From Steroidobacteraceae bacterium (GTDB lineage: Bacteria; Pseudomonadota; Gammaproteobacteria; Steroidobacterales; Steroidobacteraceae), in the NCBI GenBank assembly GCA_049513435.1, contig JBEKWD010000006.1, positions 1 through 32,040 on the forward strand: 32,040 nt of DNA, in the 5' to 3' direction. Both the position numbers and the translations under genes were made by a program. The notes below the pieces were generated by a model, which saw only the letters and a program-made list of their open reading frames with translations, ran no database searches and was not told the DNA's origin. The first letter of the stretch is position 1; each line of letters begins with the position of its first letter. Below, piece after piece: positions 1 through 8,721 of this stretch.

Positions 1-1076
1 AGCACCGGGCCGGTGGCCATGCCGAGGCTGCCCGCCATCGCGGTAGCGCCAATCACGGTCCCCATCATCCGCAGTGGGAAGTTCTCGCGCGCCAGCACCG
101 CGTATAGCGGCATCACGCCGCCGTACGTAAATCCGAATACCACGGCTACAGCGTAGAACGCGCTTAAGGAGCTGGCAAAGTAATACGACGCCGCGAAAAA
201 CGCCTGCATCAAAAGGCCGGTGATCAGCGTGCGACGCGCGCCGAACCGGTCGCCCGCGAGCCCGAATGCGATGCGGCCGCCCAGACCCGCGAGTCCTTCC
301 ACACTGTAAATGGTCACCGCCGTGGTCAGCGGAATACCGCAAGTCACGGCATAGCTGACTGTGTGGATGATGGGTCCTGAGTGCGTCGCGCAGCAAAAGA
401 AATTGGTGAGCACCAGCGCGATCAATTGCGGCGAGCGCACTAGCTGCCCGATAGGCATTGCGGGCGCCTGGCTCGCAGCGTCGCCTCCCTGTGCGGACGC
501 ATGCTCAAGCGCTGGCGGCCGACGCACCAGAAGCGAGATCGGCACCAGTACGCACACCACTAACACTGCCACGATTTGCAGCACTTGCCGCCAGTCATGC
601 GAGCTCGCCAACCGGGCGACCCACGGTGACATCGTCAGAGGTGCGACGCCGAAGCCGGCTGATACCAGTGATACGGCGAGGCTGCGCTGCGTCGAAAACC
701 AGCCGGTCACGCAGGCCATGATTGGCGCGAAGATCGCAGAGGTGGCCAGGCCCACCAATAACCCGAACGCGAATTGGAATCCGATCAACGATGGCGCCAT
801 GCTCGCGAGCTCCAGGCCGGCGCCCAATACGAGAGATCCAATCAGGCAGGTCCAACCCGCGCCGATCCGATCGCTCAGCGCGCCCCACAGGGGGCTGCCT
901 ACTGCCATTGCAAGAAATCCGACGGTCATCGCGGCCGACACGCCGGTCGTAGACCAGCGCGTGTCGGCGACGATCGGCCGCAGCAGCACGGGAAGCGAGA
1001 ACATCGCGCCGAGAGCCACGCAGCCCATTACCGCGCCGGCGGCAACAATTATCCAGCGGTAGCGGGGTTCAGCCAT
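1..1076 (-). CDS. MFS transporter, oxalate/formate-antiporter-like (first ~358 codons; C-terminus lies beyond base 1)
   Basis: Not in the supplied track because the frame stays open to the window edge. Reverse-strand translation from the ATG at 1076-1074 reads MAEPRYRWIIVAAGAVMGCVALGAMFSLPVLLRPIVADTRWSTTGVSAAMTVGFLAMAVGSPLWGALSDRIGAGW...FGLAGDRFGARRTLITGLLMQ... with no stop. It shows serial hydrophobic helices and G-x-x-x-D-R-x-G loop motifs in both halves, as in MFS proteins. Plus-strand ORFs 361-1091 are antisense shadows. Confidence 0.8.
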   Translation of the reverse strand, partial: MAEPRYRWIIVAAGAVMGCVALGAMFSLPVLLRPIVADTRWSTTGVSAAMTVGFLAMAVGSPLWGALSDRIGAGWTCLIGSLVLGAGLELASMAPSLIGFQFAFGLLVGLATSAIFAPIMACVTGWFSTQRSLAVSLVSAGFGVAPLTMSPWVARLASSHDWRQVLQIVAVLVVCVLVPISLLVRRPPALEHASAQGGDAASQAPAMPIGQLVRSPQLIALVLTNFFCCATHSGPIIHTVSYAVTCGIPLTTAVTIYSVEGLAGLGGRIAFGLAGDRFGARRTLITGLLMQAFFAASYYFASSLSAFYAVAVVFGFTYGGVMPLYAVLARENFPLRMMGTVIGATAMAGSLGMATGPV

Positions 1077-1213
1077 GAAGGCGGATCTTAGGATTCTACA
1101 GCGGCAAGCTGCAACCGCGGCCCAGTGCCTGAGCGTGGGGGTTGTGCCGAGGTGAGTCTTGAGTCCTGCGCACTGAAGTCGCCGCTTGCTCGCTCCGCGA
1201 GGCACGGTTTAGT

Positions 1214-1999
1214 GTGAAGATGTATCCATCTCGAAGCGTGCGCAGGGTTGGCGCTATGTGCACAAGTATTAGTCGATATAAGACAACAGTCTGGATGGCA
1301 TGCGCCTGTCTATCGCTTAGTGCGTGCGCGATCCAGCCTCATCCTGAGGCCGCCAAGTCTGAGGAATTGCAAAAGCAATATCAGCGTGCGATTGCGCAGG
1401 CGGCCGTTCGACACGCGGATTGGAACATTTCGCTCTGGTCGTTCGGGGATGCGAGCGCAGTTTTGGTCAGTACCTTCACCGATGACCCGGCGCTCGATAC
1501 CGTGACACAGTACAACTGGGTAGCTCCCACCGCTCAGGTGCGCTCCCTGTGTCACGAAAAATCAAACTCTGTCTTATTTTTGGAGGAGCTTCTGGGATTG
1601 CCACCGCAGGCCCCGGGTGCCGGCAAGCGCTGGCACGTGTATACATTCGAAGTATCGCAGAATGCCATCTTTCGCCCTTGCCCGGGTGGTGTGGACCGAT
1701 CGGTCCCAAACCACCCACGATGTAATGCTGGGACTGCACTGGATCCGAATCTTGATCAGGAGACGGCGCGGTTTCTTCTCCAGCAATTTTGGTATTCCCA
1801 TCGCATAGCCTTCTCTAGCGGCGGAGCTTTGGAATTCGGGTTCCCCTGGACCGGCATGGGCTGGACGTACAACTGGGATCCTCAATCTAGAAGCCACATT
1901 GGCGTTTCGGAGTTCGTTGTTCAAATGGGAGCGTCCCCAAGCAACGTCAGTGACGAAAGCCCGGCGCAATTTTGCCGTGCGGACGGTTCGAATCGTTGA
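1214..1999 (+). CDS. hypothetical secreted lipoprotein, no family recognised
   Basis: 261-codon ORF. The N-terminus ...SRYKTTVWMACACLSLSAC has a basic n-region, a hydrophobic core and an L-S-A-C lipobox. The real start may be ATG 1256 rather than 1214. The mature part has four further Cys and Trp/Gly-rich stretches (FGFPWTGMGWTYNWDP) but no motif I can name. Confidence 0.5.
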   Translation: MKMYPSRSVRRVGAMCTSISRYKTTVWMACACLSLSACAIQPHPEAAKSEELQKQYQRAIAQAAVRHADWNISLWSFGDASAVLVSTFTDDPALDTVTQYNWVAPTAQVRSLCHEKSNSVLFLEELLGLPPQAPGAGKRWHVYTFEVSQNAIFRPCPGGVDRSVPNHPRCNAGTALDPNLDQETARFLLQQFWYSHRIAFSSGGALEFGFPWTGMGWTYNWDPQSRSHIGVSEFVVQMGASPSNVSDESPAQFCRADGSNR

Positions 2000-2037
2000 G
2001 ATAAGGATTTGCACCGCGTGTTTTGCGGTCACCGCTC

Positions 2038-3516
2038 TCACTCACTTACCGATAGCCGAGGCTCAGCGAGGACAGCATTGGACTCAACTCGGGGAGCCCA
2101 ACCGCCATTACGTAGACGCAGCACAAAGCAATACCATAGAAGTCCCGCACCGATTATTGCTCCGAGGATCAAAAGACTTGGTCGGCCGGCGTCCGCGTCG
2201 AGTAGGTCTGCGACTCCGAATACAACCGCCAGCATAAGACCAAGAATCGGCGCCAACGGAAATAGCGCCGATCGCCAATATCCGGGCTGTCCCGTCAACC
2301 CGCGCGAACGTCCAACGAGAACGGCGAAACTGACCAAAAGCAGGACGTACACTGTGAGGGCCGATACAAAGGCGATGAGCATGTGCATGTTCAGCAGGCA
2401 ACAAGCCGCGGTGATCGCGCCCACGACCCATGTCGCTGCCCGGGGCGCTCCCGAGGACAGATGCACCTTCGCCAACGCTGCATTCACGCTCGCGTTAAAG
2501 ATTTTGTCGCGGCCCAAACTGAAGAATAGACGTGCGAGAAACATAATCTGAGCGATTAGCGCGTTGAAGATCGCCACAATAACAGCCGCGCTCAGCGCGT
2601 GTCCGGCGGCAGGTCCCGCGACCGACGCGATAAAGCTGCTGAGCGGTGCGGGGCTTTTGAGTATCGACGGCAAATCTCTGACGCCGAGTACGACGGCAAC
2701 GACCGGCAGTGCGGTTGCGAATGCTCCAATCACACCCGCGATCAGGATCACGCCGCCCATATGGCGGTGCGGTTGCGACAGTTCCTCGCCGAACCCGATC
2801 GCCTGGTTACCGCCGCAGGTCGCGTAGGCCGCGCTGACGGCCGCCATCGCCATCGCCCCAATGGCTACCGGCGCCATGGTACCCAAGGCGCTGAGCGTTA
2901 TGGGATGAAGCACGACCTCAGTGACGCTGCGCGCGGGGTGCCACAGGCCGCCAGCGATGAGAGCGAGCACGGCAAGCATCTCGATGCCAAGAAAGACTCC
3001 GGTCACAAATGCACTGGTGCGTACGGCGAGTAAGGCAACGGCTATCGCGGCGCCGAGTGCGCCGAAAGTGACGATGATTGGTGATGCGCTCGGGGCCAAT
3101 TCGCCCACATAGGTGGCGATCGTCCTGGCGAGAAAGGCATTCGCGGGCCCGGCGGTAACTGCCCACACGGTAAGGCTCGCAAAGCCGGCCCAAGGACCGA
3201 GAATCGCACCGACGCCCACGTAGTCACCTCCCGCGTACGGATAGGCCGAAGCCAATTCGGCGTAGACGACCGCCCAAACAATGGCTACGCCAATGCCGCA
3301 AATAAACACGATTGCCGCGCCGGTACCGACATGCAGCAGTACATCGGAGCCGATTCCATAGATTGAATAAACCGGCGAGAGGCAAGATAAGGTCAGCAAA
3401 AGAACGCCGAACGAGGAGAGTTCACGACGCAGCTGATTACTTGCGTGGGAAATCGGCTCGACGGCAGGGATGATCTGCTGTAGCGGTGGTTGTTTTTTCA
3501 CTCGCCTGTCGCCCAT
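2038..3516 (-). CDS. APC-superfamily amino acid/polyamine permease
   Basis: The track ORF 2038-3540 starts at a TTG; the first ATG is at 3516. The protein has about 12 hydrophobic segments. SFGVLLLTLSCLSPVYSIYGIGS and YAELASAYPYAGGDYVGV resemble the N-terminal APC permease signature. Confidence 0.85.
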   Translation of the reverse strand: MGDRRVKKQPPLQQIIPAVEPISHASNQLRRELSSFGVLLLTLSCLSPVYSIYGIGSDVLLHVGTGAAIVFICGIGVAIVWAVVYAELASAYPYAGGDYVGVGAILGPWAGFASLTVWAVTAGPANAFLARTIATYVGELAPSASPIIVTFGALGAAIAVALLAVRTSAFVTGVFLGIEMLAVLALIAGGLWHPARSVTEVVLHPITLSALGTMAPVAIGAMAMAAVSAAYATCGGNQAIGFGEELSQPHRHMGGVILIAGVIGAFATALPVVAVVLGVRDLPSILKSPAPLSSFIASVAGPAAGHALSAAVIVAIFNALIAQIMFLARLFFSLGRDKIFNASVNAALAKVHLSSGAPRAATWVVGAITAACCLLNMHMLIAFVSALTVYVLLLVSFAVLVGRSRGLTGQPGYWRSALFPLAPILGLMLAVVFGVADLLDADAGRPSLLILGAIIGAGLLWYCFVLRLRNGGWAPRVESNAVLAEPRLSVSE

Positions 3517-3601
3517 TAAACGTCGAGGCGTGAGCCGCAAGACGTACAGCAGCAGTATGGGGCTAAAAACCGCAAGCGAGTAGTGAGCGATCCTAAATGA
3601 G

Positions 3602-3623
3602 CCGAGACGCCGACGGCGCTCGG
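3602..3623. other. GC-rich hairpin CCGAG-a-CGCC-gac-GGCG-CTCGG between the small membrane gene and the APC permease gene
   Basis: Read directly: a 9-bp stem with one bulge and a 3-nt loop. Only a weak T tract follows on either strand, so a terminator or attenuator role is speculative. Confidence 0.3.
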
Positions 3624-3686
3624 TTCGTTGAGGAGCGCTGGGGCAAAACTCAAAATCAACGACGGGGACGTCGACTTAGCGGACAC

Positions 3687-3935
3687 TCACGGCCTGCCGC
3701 TGCGGCTCCACCAACGCCGAAAAGCGACGACCGACCATACGCCCTCGACGACGCCGAAGGGCCAAGCACCTTGCAGAAAACCATAAATGGATCCGAGCAC
3801 GCACGAAAATCCGAAAGCAAGCGTCCACCAAGGCGAGCGATCTTCAAGGGCATAGCAGACGAGCATCGCGCAGACTGCGCATAGGCCAAAGGCGGTTAGC
3901 GGCTCCAATGACATATGATGTCGCAACTGAGCCAT
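3687..3935 (-). CDS. small conserved integral membrane protein (about 75-82 aa, 2-3 TM)
   Basis: The ORF reads MAQLRHHMSLEPLTAFGLCAVCAMLVCYALEDRSPWWTLAFGFSCVLGSIYGFLQGAWPFGVVEGVWSVVAFRRWW. From memory, the YALEDRSPW...GS-YGFLQGAWPFG block recurs in small hypothetical membrane proteins of soil bacteria. Same strand as the APC permease and just upstream of it. Confidence 0.6.
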   Translation of the reverse strand: MAQLRHHMSLEPLTAFGLCAVCAMLVCYALEDRSPWWTLAFGFSCVLGSIYGFLQGAWPFGVVEGVWSVVAFRRWWSRSGRP

Positions 3936-4328
3936 CGACGGATACTCGGATGCCGTGTCCCCACGTCGCAGCGGGCGCCCACTCAGTGCGATGAGGTGGA
4001 CGCGCTGATTCCTCGAATCCTACACGCCCGTGCCGCCAACTGGCATCAGTAAGGCTTTGTCGCCACTGACAGACCGCGCCAATGGGTCTGCCAGGGCTGT
4101 TGAAGCCGCAAAAACTGCGATTCCTACAGCGTGTGAGGACTACACTCGCTATACGTTTTTCGCGCCGTCGACGTGGAAGGTTAACTTCATTTAATTTTTT
4201 GCTGGGTGTATCTGATTGACTCGCACCACGTTTGTAGCCGCTAGCGCGATCGCTTGCTGCTTCCTGCATCTTCGTGTCGTGAAACGCACGGCCACCTGGG
4301 TCCAGGAAACGCGGTACTTGGAGACCGT

Positions 4329-5588
4329 ATGATCGAAGCAGAAGACGTACCGTCGGCACATCGCCGCGCCAGCCAACGCATGCGCTGGATCCTGGGGTCG
4401 GTGGCCGCGGTCCTGCTTATTCTCATCCTGGTACATGTGTTCAAACGCAAGCCAGCCGCGGGCGGTCCCGCACCGCAATTGGTCAAGGTCGCCCAGGCGA
4501 CCCGAGGCGATATGCCGGAAACGCTATCCGAGCTTGGCACAGTCACGCCGATCGCCACCGTGACTGTGCTGCCGCAGTTGAGCGGCTATCTGACTGAAGT
4601 CGCTTACCAAGAAGGCCAGGATGTGACGAAGGGGCAATTCCTCGCTGAAATTGACCCGCGCCAGTACGAGATAGACCTGCAGCAGGCGCAGGCAGCGCTT
4701 CTGAAGGATCAGGCGACGCTCGATCAGGCCCGCGCCGATCTTGCGCGTTACGAGCAGCTGCGTGCACAAAAAGCCATCGCCGAGCAGACCGTCACCGACC
4801 AGGAGTTCCTGGTCAAACAGGACGAGGCTCAGGTCAAGTCCGATGAGGCGAATATTGCACAGTACAAGCTCGACCTGGTGTATTGCCACATTACGGCACC
4901 GGTCGCCGGCCGCGTTGGCCTGAGGTTGATCGATCCGGGAAACTACGTCACGGCCGCGAGCTCGCCCGGCATCGCCGTGATCACCACCATGAAACCGACG
5001 ACGGTGGAATTCACTGTTGCTCAGAATGATCTCGACAAGGTTATCGAACGCAGCAACTCCGGCGCAAAGCTGCCAGTCACCGTCTATACGAGCGACAACA
5101 CTCGCCAGATTGCCAGCGGCACGCTGTACGCGATCGGCAATCAGATGGCCACGAGCACTGGCACGGTCACGCTGCGCGCGAGCTTTCCCAACGATGACGA
5201 GGCGCTATTCCCCAACGAATTCGTGAACATCAAGTTACTCGTGGACACTCTGAGTCAGGCCGTGCTGGTACCCACCCCGGCGGTGCTCAGCGGGGCGCCG
5301 GGCAACTACGTCTACTTGGTCAACGCCGATGACTCGGTATCCGTGCGCAAGGTGACACTGGGACCAAGCGACGGCAACAACACCGCCATTCTCACCGGCC
5401 TTGCGGTCGGCGATACGGTCGTCATCGATGGCACCGACCGGCTCAGCGACAATGCCAAGATCAGCGTTGCTGCGCCAAACGCTACCTCCGGGACCGCGCC
5501 CGCTGCGCCGGGAGCACAGCCTGCCAAGAAGACAGGAAAGCCGTCCGCTAGTCCCGCGCCGGGCGCAGGCGTACGCACCAGCGGCTGA
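4329..5588 (+). CDS. mdtA: RND efflux membrane fusion protein (periplasmic adaptor), MdtA-like
   Basis: Track ORF 4254-5588; ATG 4329 is preceded by GGAGA. One N-terminal TM (ILGSVAAVLLILILVHVF). Then GTVTPIATVTVLPQLSGYLTEVAYQEGQDVTKGQFLAEIDPRQYEIDLQQAQAAL...YCHITAPVAGRVGLRLIDPGNYV, which fits the lipoyl / alpha-hairpin / beta-barrel pattern of MFPs. Pro/Ala-rich C-terminal tail. Confidence 0.9.
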   Translation: MIEAEDVPSAHRRASQRMRWILGSVAAVLLILILVHVFKRKPAAGGPAPQLVKVAQATRGDMPETLSELGTVTPIATVTVLPQLSGYLTEVAYQEGQDVTKGQFLAEIDPRQYEIDLQQAQAALLKDQATLDQARADLARYEQLRAQKAIAEQTVTDQEFLVKQDEAQVKSDEANIAQYKLDLVYCHITAPVAGRVGLRLIDPGNYVTAASSPGIAVITTMKPTTVEFTVAQNDLDKVIERSNSGAKLPVTVYTSDNTRQIASGTLYAIGNQMATSTGTVTLRASFPNDDEALFPNEFVNIKLLVDTLSQAVLVPTPAVLSGAPGNYVYLVNADDSVSVRKVTLGPSDGNNTAILTGLAVGDTVVIDGTDRLSDNAKISVAAPNATSGTAPAAPGAQPAKKTGKPSASPAPGAGVRTSG

Positions 5589-5613
5589 GTAGACGGCAAC
5601 TCGCCGCGGCTCC

Positions 5614-8600
5614 ATGAACGTTTCTCGCCTGTTCGTACTAAGGCCGGTAGCCACCTCGTTGCTCATGATTGCGCTCGTGTTGGTCGGCGTGGTCGCCGTG
5701 CGCTTCCTGCCGGTCTCCTCGCTGCCGGACGTCGATTATCCGACCATCCAGGTGCAGACTTTCTACCCCGGAGCCAGTCCTCAGGTGATGGCGACCACCG
5801 TGACTGCGCCGCTGGAGGTGCAGCTGGGCCAGATTCCCGGCCTGACGCAGATGACGTCAGCCAGCTCCGCCGGCGCCTCGATCATCACCTTGCAGTTCAA
5901 TCTCGCACTCAACCTCGATGTCGCCGAGCAGAATGTGCAGGAGGCCATCAACGCCGCAAACAGTTTGTTGCCGAGCGGTCTGCCCGCCCCGCCCGTGTAT
6001 GCGAAGGTCAATCCTGCCGATCAGCCTATTCTGACATTGGCGGTCACGTCGGAATCCCTGTCGCTGACTCAACTACAGGACTTAGCGAACAATCGTCTCG
6101 CCTCGAAGATTTCCGAAGTGCCCGGGGTGGGCCTGGTCAGTCCATCCGGGGGCAACGTGCCGGCGGTGCGCGTGGAAGCAGACCCGCAAAAGTTGGCGGG
6201 CTACGGACTGAATATCGATGATTTGCGCACCTTGCTCGCGAACATCAATGTCAGTCAGCCCAAGGGCAACTTTGATGGGCCGGAATTGGATTACACGATC
6301 AACGACAACGACCAGATCCAGGACCCCAAGGATTATCTAAGCACTGTCATTGCCTACCAGAACGGCGCCCCGGTGTTCCTGCGCGACGTCGCCAGGGTTA
6401 CCCAAGCCGCGCAGGACATCGAGCAAGGCGCCTGGTTCGACCACGCGCCGGCGATTGTGCTCAATGTGATGCGCCAGCCCGGTGCGAACGTGATCGCCAC
6501 CGTCGACCAGATCAAGAAACAGCTTCCCCAATTGCTGGCGAGCCTGCCTCAGGCGATGCACGTGCAGATCGTCGCCGACAGCACTGGCGTGATCCGCGCC
6601 TCGGTATATGACGCCGCGATCGAGCTGCTCCTGGCGATTGCGCTGGTCGTGCTGGTGATCTTCGTGTTCTTGCGCAACGTGCCGGCGACCATCATCCCAA
6701 GTATTTCCGTGCCGGTCTCCCTGATAGGCACGCTGGCGATCATGTACCAGCTGAACTACTCGATCGACAACCTATCGCTCATGGCACTCATCGTCGCCAC
6801 CGGCTTCGTGGTGGACGATTCGATCGTGATGATCGAGAACATCGTGCGTTATCTGGAGGCGGGCAAGCCTCCGCTGGAAGCGGCGCTCGAAGGCGCCGGG
6901 CAGATCGGCTTCACCATCATGTCGCTGACGATCTCGTTGATTGCGGTGCTCATTCCGCTGCTATTCATGGGCGGAGTGATCGGCCGTCTGTTCAGTGAAT
7001 TCGCCGTTACTCTGGCCGTAACCATCCTGCTCTCGGCCGTGGTTTCCCTGACTCTCGTGCCGATGATGTGCGCGCGCATCCTGCGGCGTAAGGCCGATAG
7101 GCGCCCGAGTCGTTTCGAGCGAATCAGCGAAGGCATCTTTGACAGGACTCTGGGGGCCTATGAGCGCAGCCTGCGCTGGGTGCTGGGTCACCAGGTCCTG
7201 ACTTTGGTGGTCGCGACCGTGACCGTGGCCTTGACCGCGATCCTGTACGTCGTGATTCCAAAGGGATTGTTTCCGGTGCAGGACGTCGGCGTGATCCAGG
7301 CGATCAGCGTGGCCGACAACTCGGTGTCATACAGGACGATGGCGGCTCGCCAGGCGGCTCTGGCCGACGTCATCCTCAAGGACCCGGACGTGACCTCGCT
7401 CACTTCCTATATCGGCATCGACGGCACCAATACGACGCTCAATAACGGCCGCTTCCTGATTAATCTGCGGGCTCATAACGATCGCTCGCTCACAGCAAAT
7501 GCGATCGCCAGACGCCTGCAGGAAGAGGTCGGCACCGTGTCCGGCATCAAACTGTACCCGCAGCCCGAGCAGGACCTCACGCTCGACACGGTGATTTCGC
7601 CGAACCAGTATCAGTTCGTGCTCAGGGGACCGAGCGAAGAAGCCTTCGAGAAATACGTCCCCGAACTCGTTGGACGCATGCAGCAGATCAAGTCGATCAG
7701 CGATGTCACCACCGATCTGAACAACAATGGTTTGAGCGTCGACGTCGAAGTCAACCGGCAATTGGCCGCACGCTATGGCATTACCCCGGCGACCATCGAT
7801 AATGCGCTCTACGATGCGCTCGGCCAGCGCATCGTCTCAACCATCTTCAACCAATCCAATCAGTATCGAGTGGTGCTGGTGGCCAAGCCCGAGAGCCTGC
7901 CCAATCTGCAGGGGCTCGGCGACCTATATTTGCCCACGCAGACTGGCAGCTCCGGCGAGGTACCCTTGCGCGGGATCGCCGACATCAAGATTACCAAGTC
8001 GCCGCTGGTCATCAGCCATCTCGCGCAGTTTCCGGCCGTCACGATATCGTTCAATTTGGCTCCGGATGCCTCGCTGAGCACGGCAGTGGATGAGATCGCG
8101 CGCGCTGAAAAAGCCGTGCAACTGCCGCCTTCGATCACCACCTCGTTCCAAGGCGCTGCTCAGGCCTTTGAGGACTCGCTATCGAGCGAGGTGTTCCTGT
8201 TGGCGGCCGCGCTGGTTACGGTTTACATCGTGCTGGGCGTGCTCTACGAGAGCTACATCCATCCCGTGACGATTCTATCCACGCTGCCTTCGGCTGGAAT
8301 CGGTGCGCTGCTCGCGCTGATGTTGGCTGGCAAAGACCTGGACGTGATCGGCATCATCGGCATCGTGCTTCTGATCGGCATCGTCAAGAAGAACGGCATC
8401 ATGATCGTGGACTTCGCGCTCGAGGCGGAGCGTCACCACGGCAAGACACCCGAAGAGGCAATCTTTCAGGCATCGCAGCTGCGTTTCCGACCGATCCTGA
8501 TGACGACGTTGGCCGCGATGCTCGGCGCCCTGCCGCTGCTGGTCGGTACCGGTACGGGCTCCGAGCTTCGTCGCCCGCTCGGCATTGCGATCATCGGTGG

Positions 8601-8721
8601 CCTGATCGTGAGCCAGATGCTGACCTTATTCACTACGCCGGTGATTTATCTGTTATTCGATCGCCTGTCGCGGTGGGTGAGTCACAAGCGGTCCGGGCCT
8701 GCGGCCCAGAGCGCAGCGTGA
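5614..8721 (+). CDS. mdtB: RND multidrug efflux permease, MdtB-like
   Basis: 1035 aa. SRLFVLRPVATSLLMIALVLVG...LPVSSLPDVDYPTIQVQTFYPGASPQVMATTVTAPLE...VYAKVNPADQPILTLAVTS...ATGFVVDDSIVMIENI...LLIGIVKKNGIMIVDFALE matches the E. coli MdtB sequence as I recall it along its whole length. Confidence 0.95.
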   Translation: MNVSRLFVLRPVATSLLMIALVLVGVVAVRFLPVSSLPDVDYPTIQVQTFYPGASPQVMATTVTAPLEVQLGQIPGLTQMTSASSAGASIITLQFNLALNLDVAEQNVQEAINAANSLLPSGLPAPPVYAKVNPADQPILTLAVTSESLSLTQLQDLANNRLASKISEVPGVGLVSPSGGNVPAVRVEADPQKLAGYGLNIDDLRTLLANINVSQPKGNFDGPELDYTINDNDQIQDPKDYLSTVIAYQNGAPVFLRDVARVTQAAQDIEQGAWFDHAPAIVLNVMRQPGANVIATVDQIKKQLPQLLASLPQAMHVQIVADSTGVIRASVYDAAIELLLAIALVVLVIFVFLRNVPATIIPSISVPVSLIGTLAIMYQLNYSIDNLSLMALIVATGFVVDDSIVMIENIVRYLEAGKPPLEAALEGAGQIGFTIMSLTISLIAVLIPLLFMGGVIGRLFSEFAVTLAVTILLSAVVSLTLVPMMCARILRRKADRRPSRFERISEGIFDRTLGAYERSLRWVLGHQVLTLVVATVTVALTAILYVVIPKGLFPVQDVGVIQAISVADNSVSYRTMAARQAALADVILKDPDVTSLTSYIGIDGTNTTLNNGRFLINLRAHNDRSLTANAIARRLQEEVGTVSGIKLYPQPEQDLTLDTVISPNQYQFVLRGPSEEAFEKYVPELVGRMQQIKSISDVTTDLNNNGLSVDVEVNRQLAARYGITPATIDNALYDALGQRIVSTIFNQSNQYRVVLVAKPESLPNLQGLGDLYLPTQTGSSGEVPLRGIADIKITKSPLVISHLAQFPAVTISFNLAPDASLSTAVDEIARAEKAVQLPPSITTSFQGAAQAFEDSLSSEVFLLAAALVTVYIVLGVLYESYIHPVTILSTLPSAGIGALLALMLAGKDLDVIGIIGIVLLIGIVKKNGIMIVDFALEAERHHGKTPEEAIFQASQLRFRPILMTTLAAMLGALPLLVGTGTGSELRRPLGIAIIGGLIVSQMLTLFTTPVIYLLFDRLSRWVSHKRSGPAAQSAA

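Noticed and set aside
361-1091. Several plus-strand ORFs (361-1062, 458-721, 722-952, 774-1091)
   Set aside because: They have Arg/Pro/Ser-rich, non-protein-like sequences and lie antisense to a clear MFS transporter frame on the minus strand. This is a typical GC-rich shadow-ORF effect.
1985-1994. GGTTCGAATC, which resembles a tRNA T-loop and might mark a tRNA gene or an integration-site remnant
   Set aside because: The flanking bases (gacGG / cgttg) do not form a T-stem, and no acceptor or anticodon arm can be built. It lies inside the last codons of the 1214-1999 ORF.
3844-4359. 171-codon minus-strand ORF spanning the mdtA upstream spacer
   Set aside because: Its composition is Arg-rich and unlike a protein, and it overlaps the small membrane gene and the mdtA 5' end. 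I treat the region as non-coding promoter DNA. I could not identify a convincing -35/-10 pair either; the best candidates match about 3 of 6 positions each.
8673-8717. Upstream extensions of the mdtC (8673) and OMF (11981) track ORFs
   Set aside because: The conserved N-termini begin at GTG 8718 and ATG 12026. The extensions overlap the conserved C-termini of the preceding genes.
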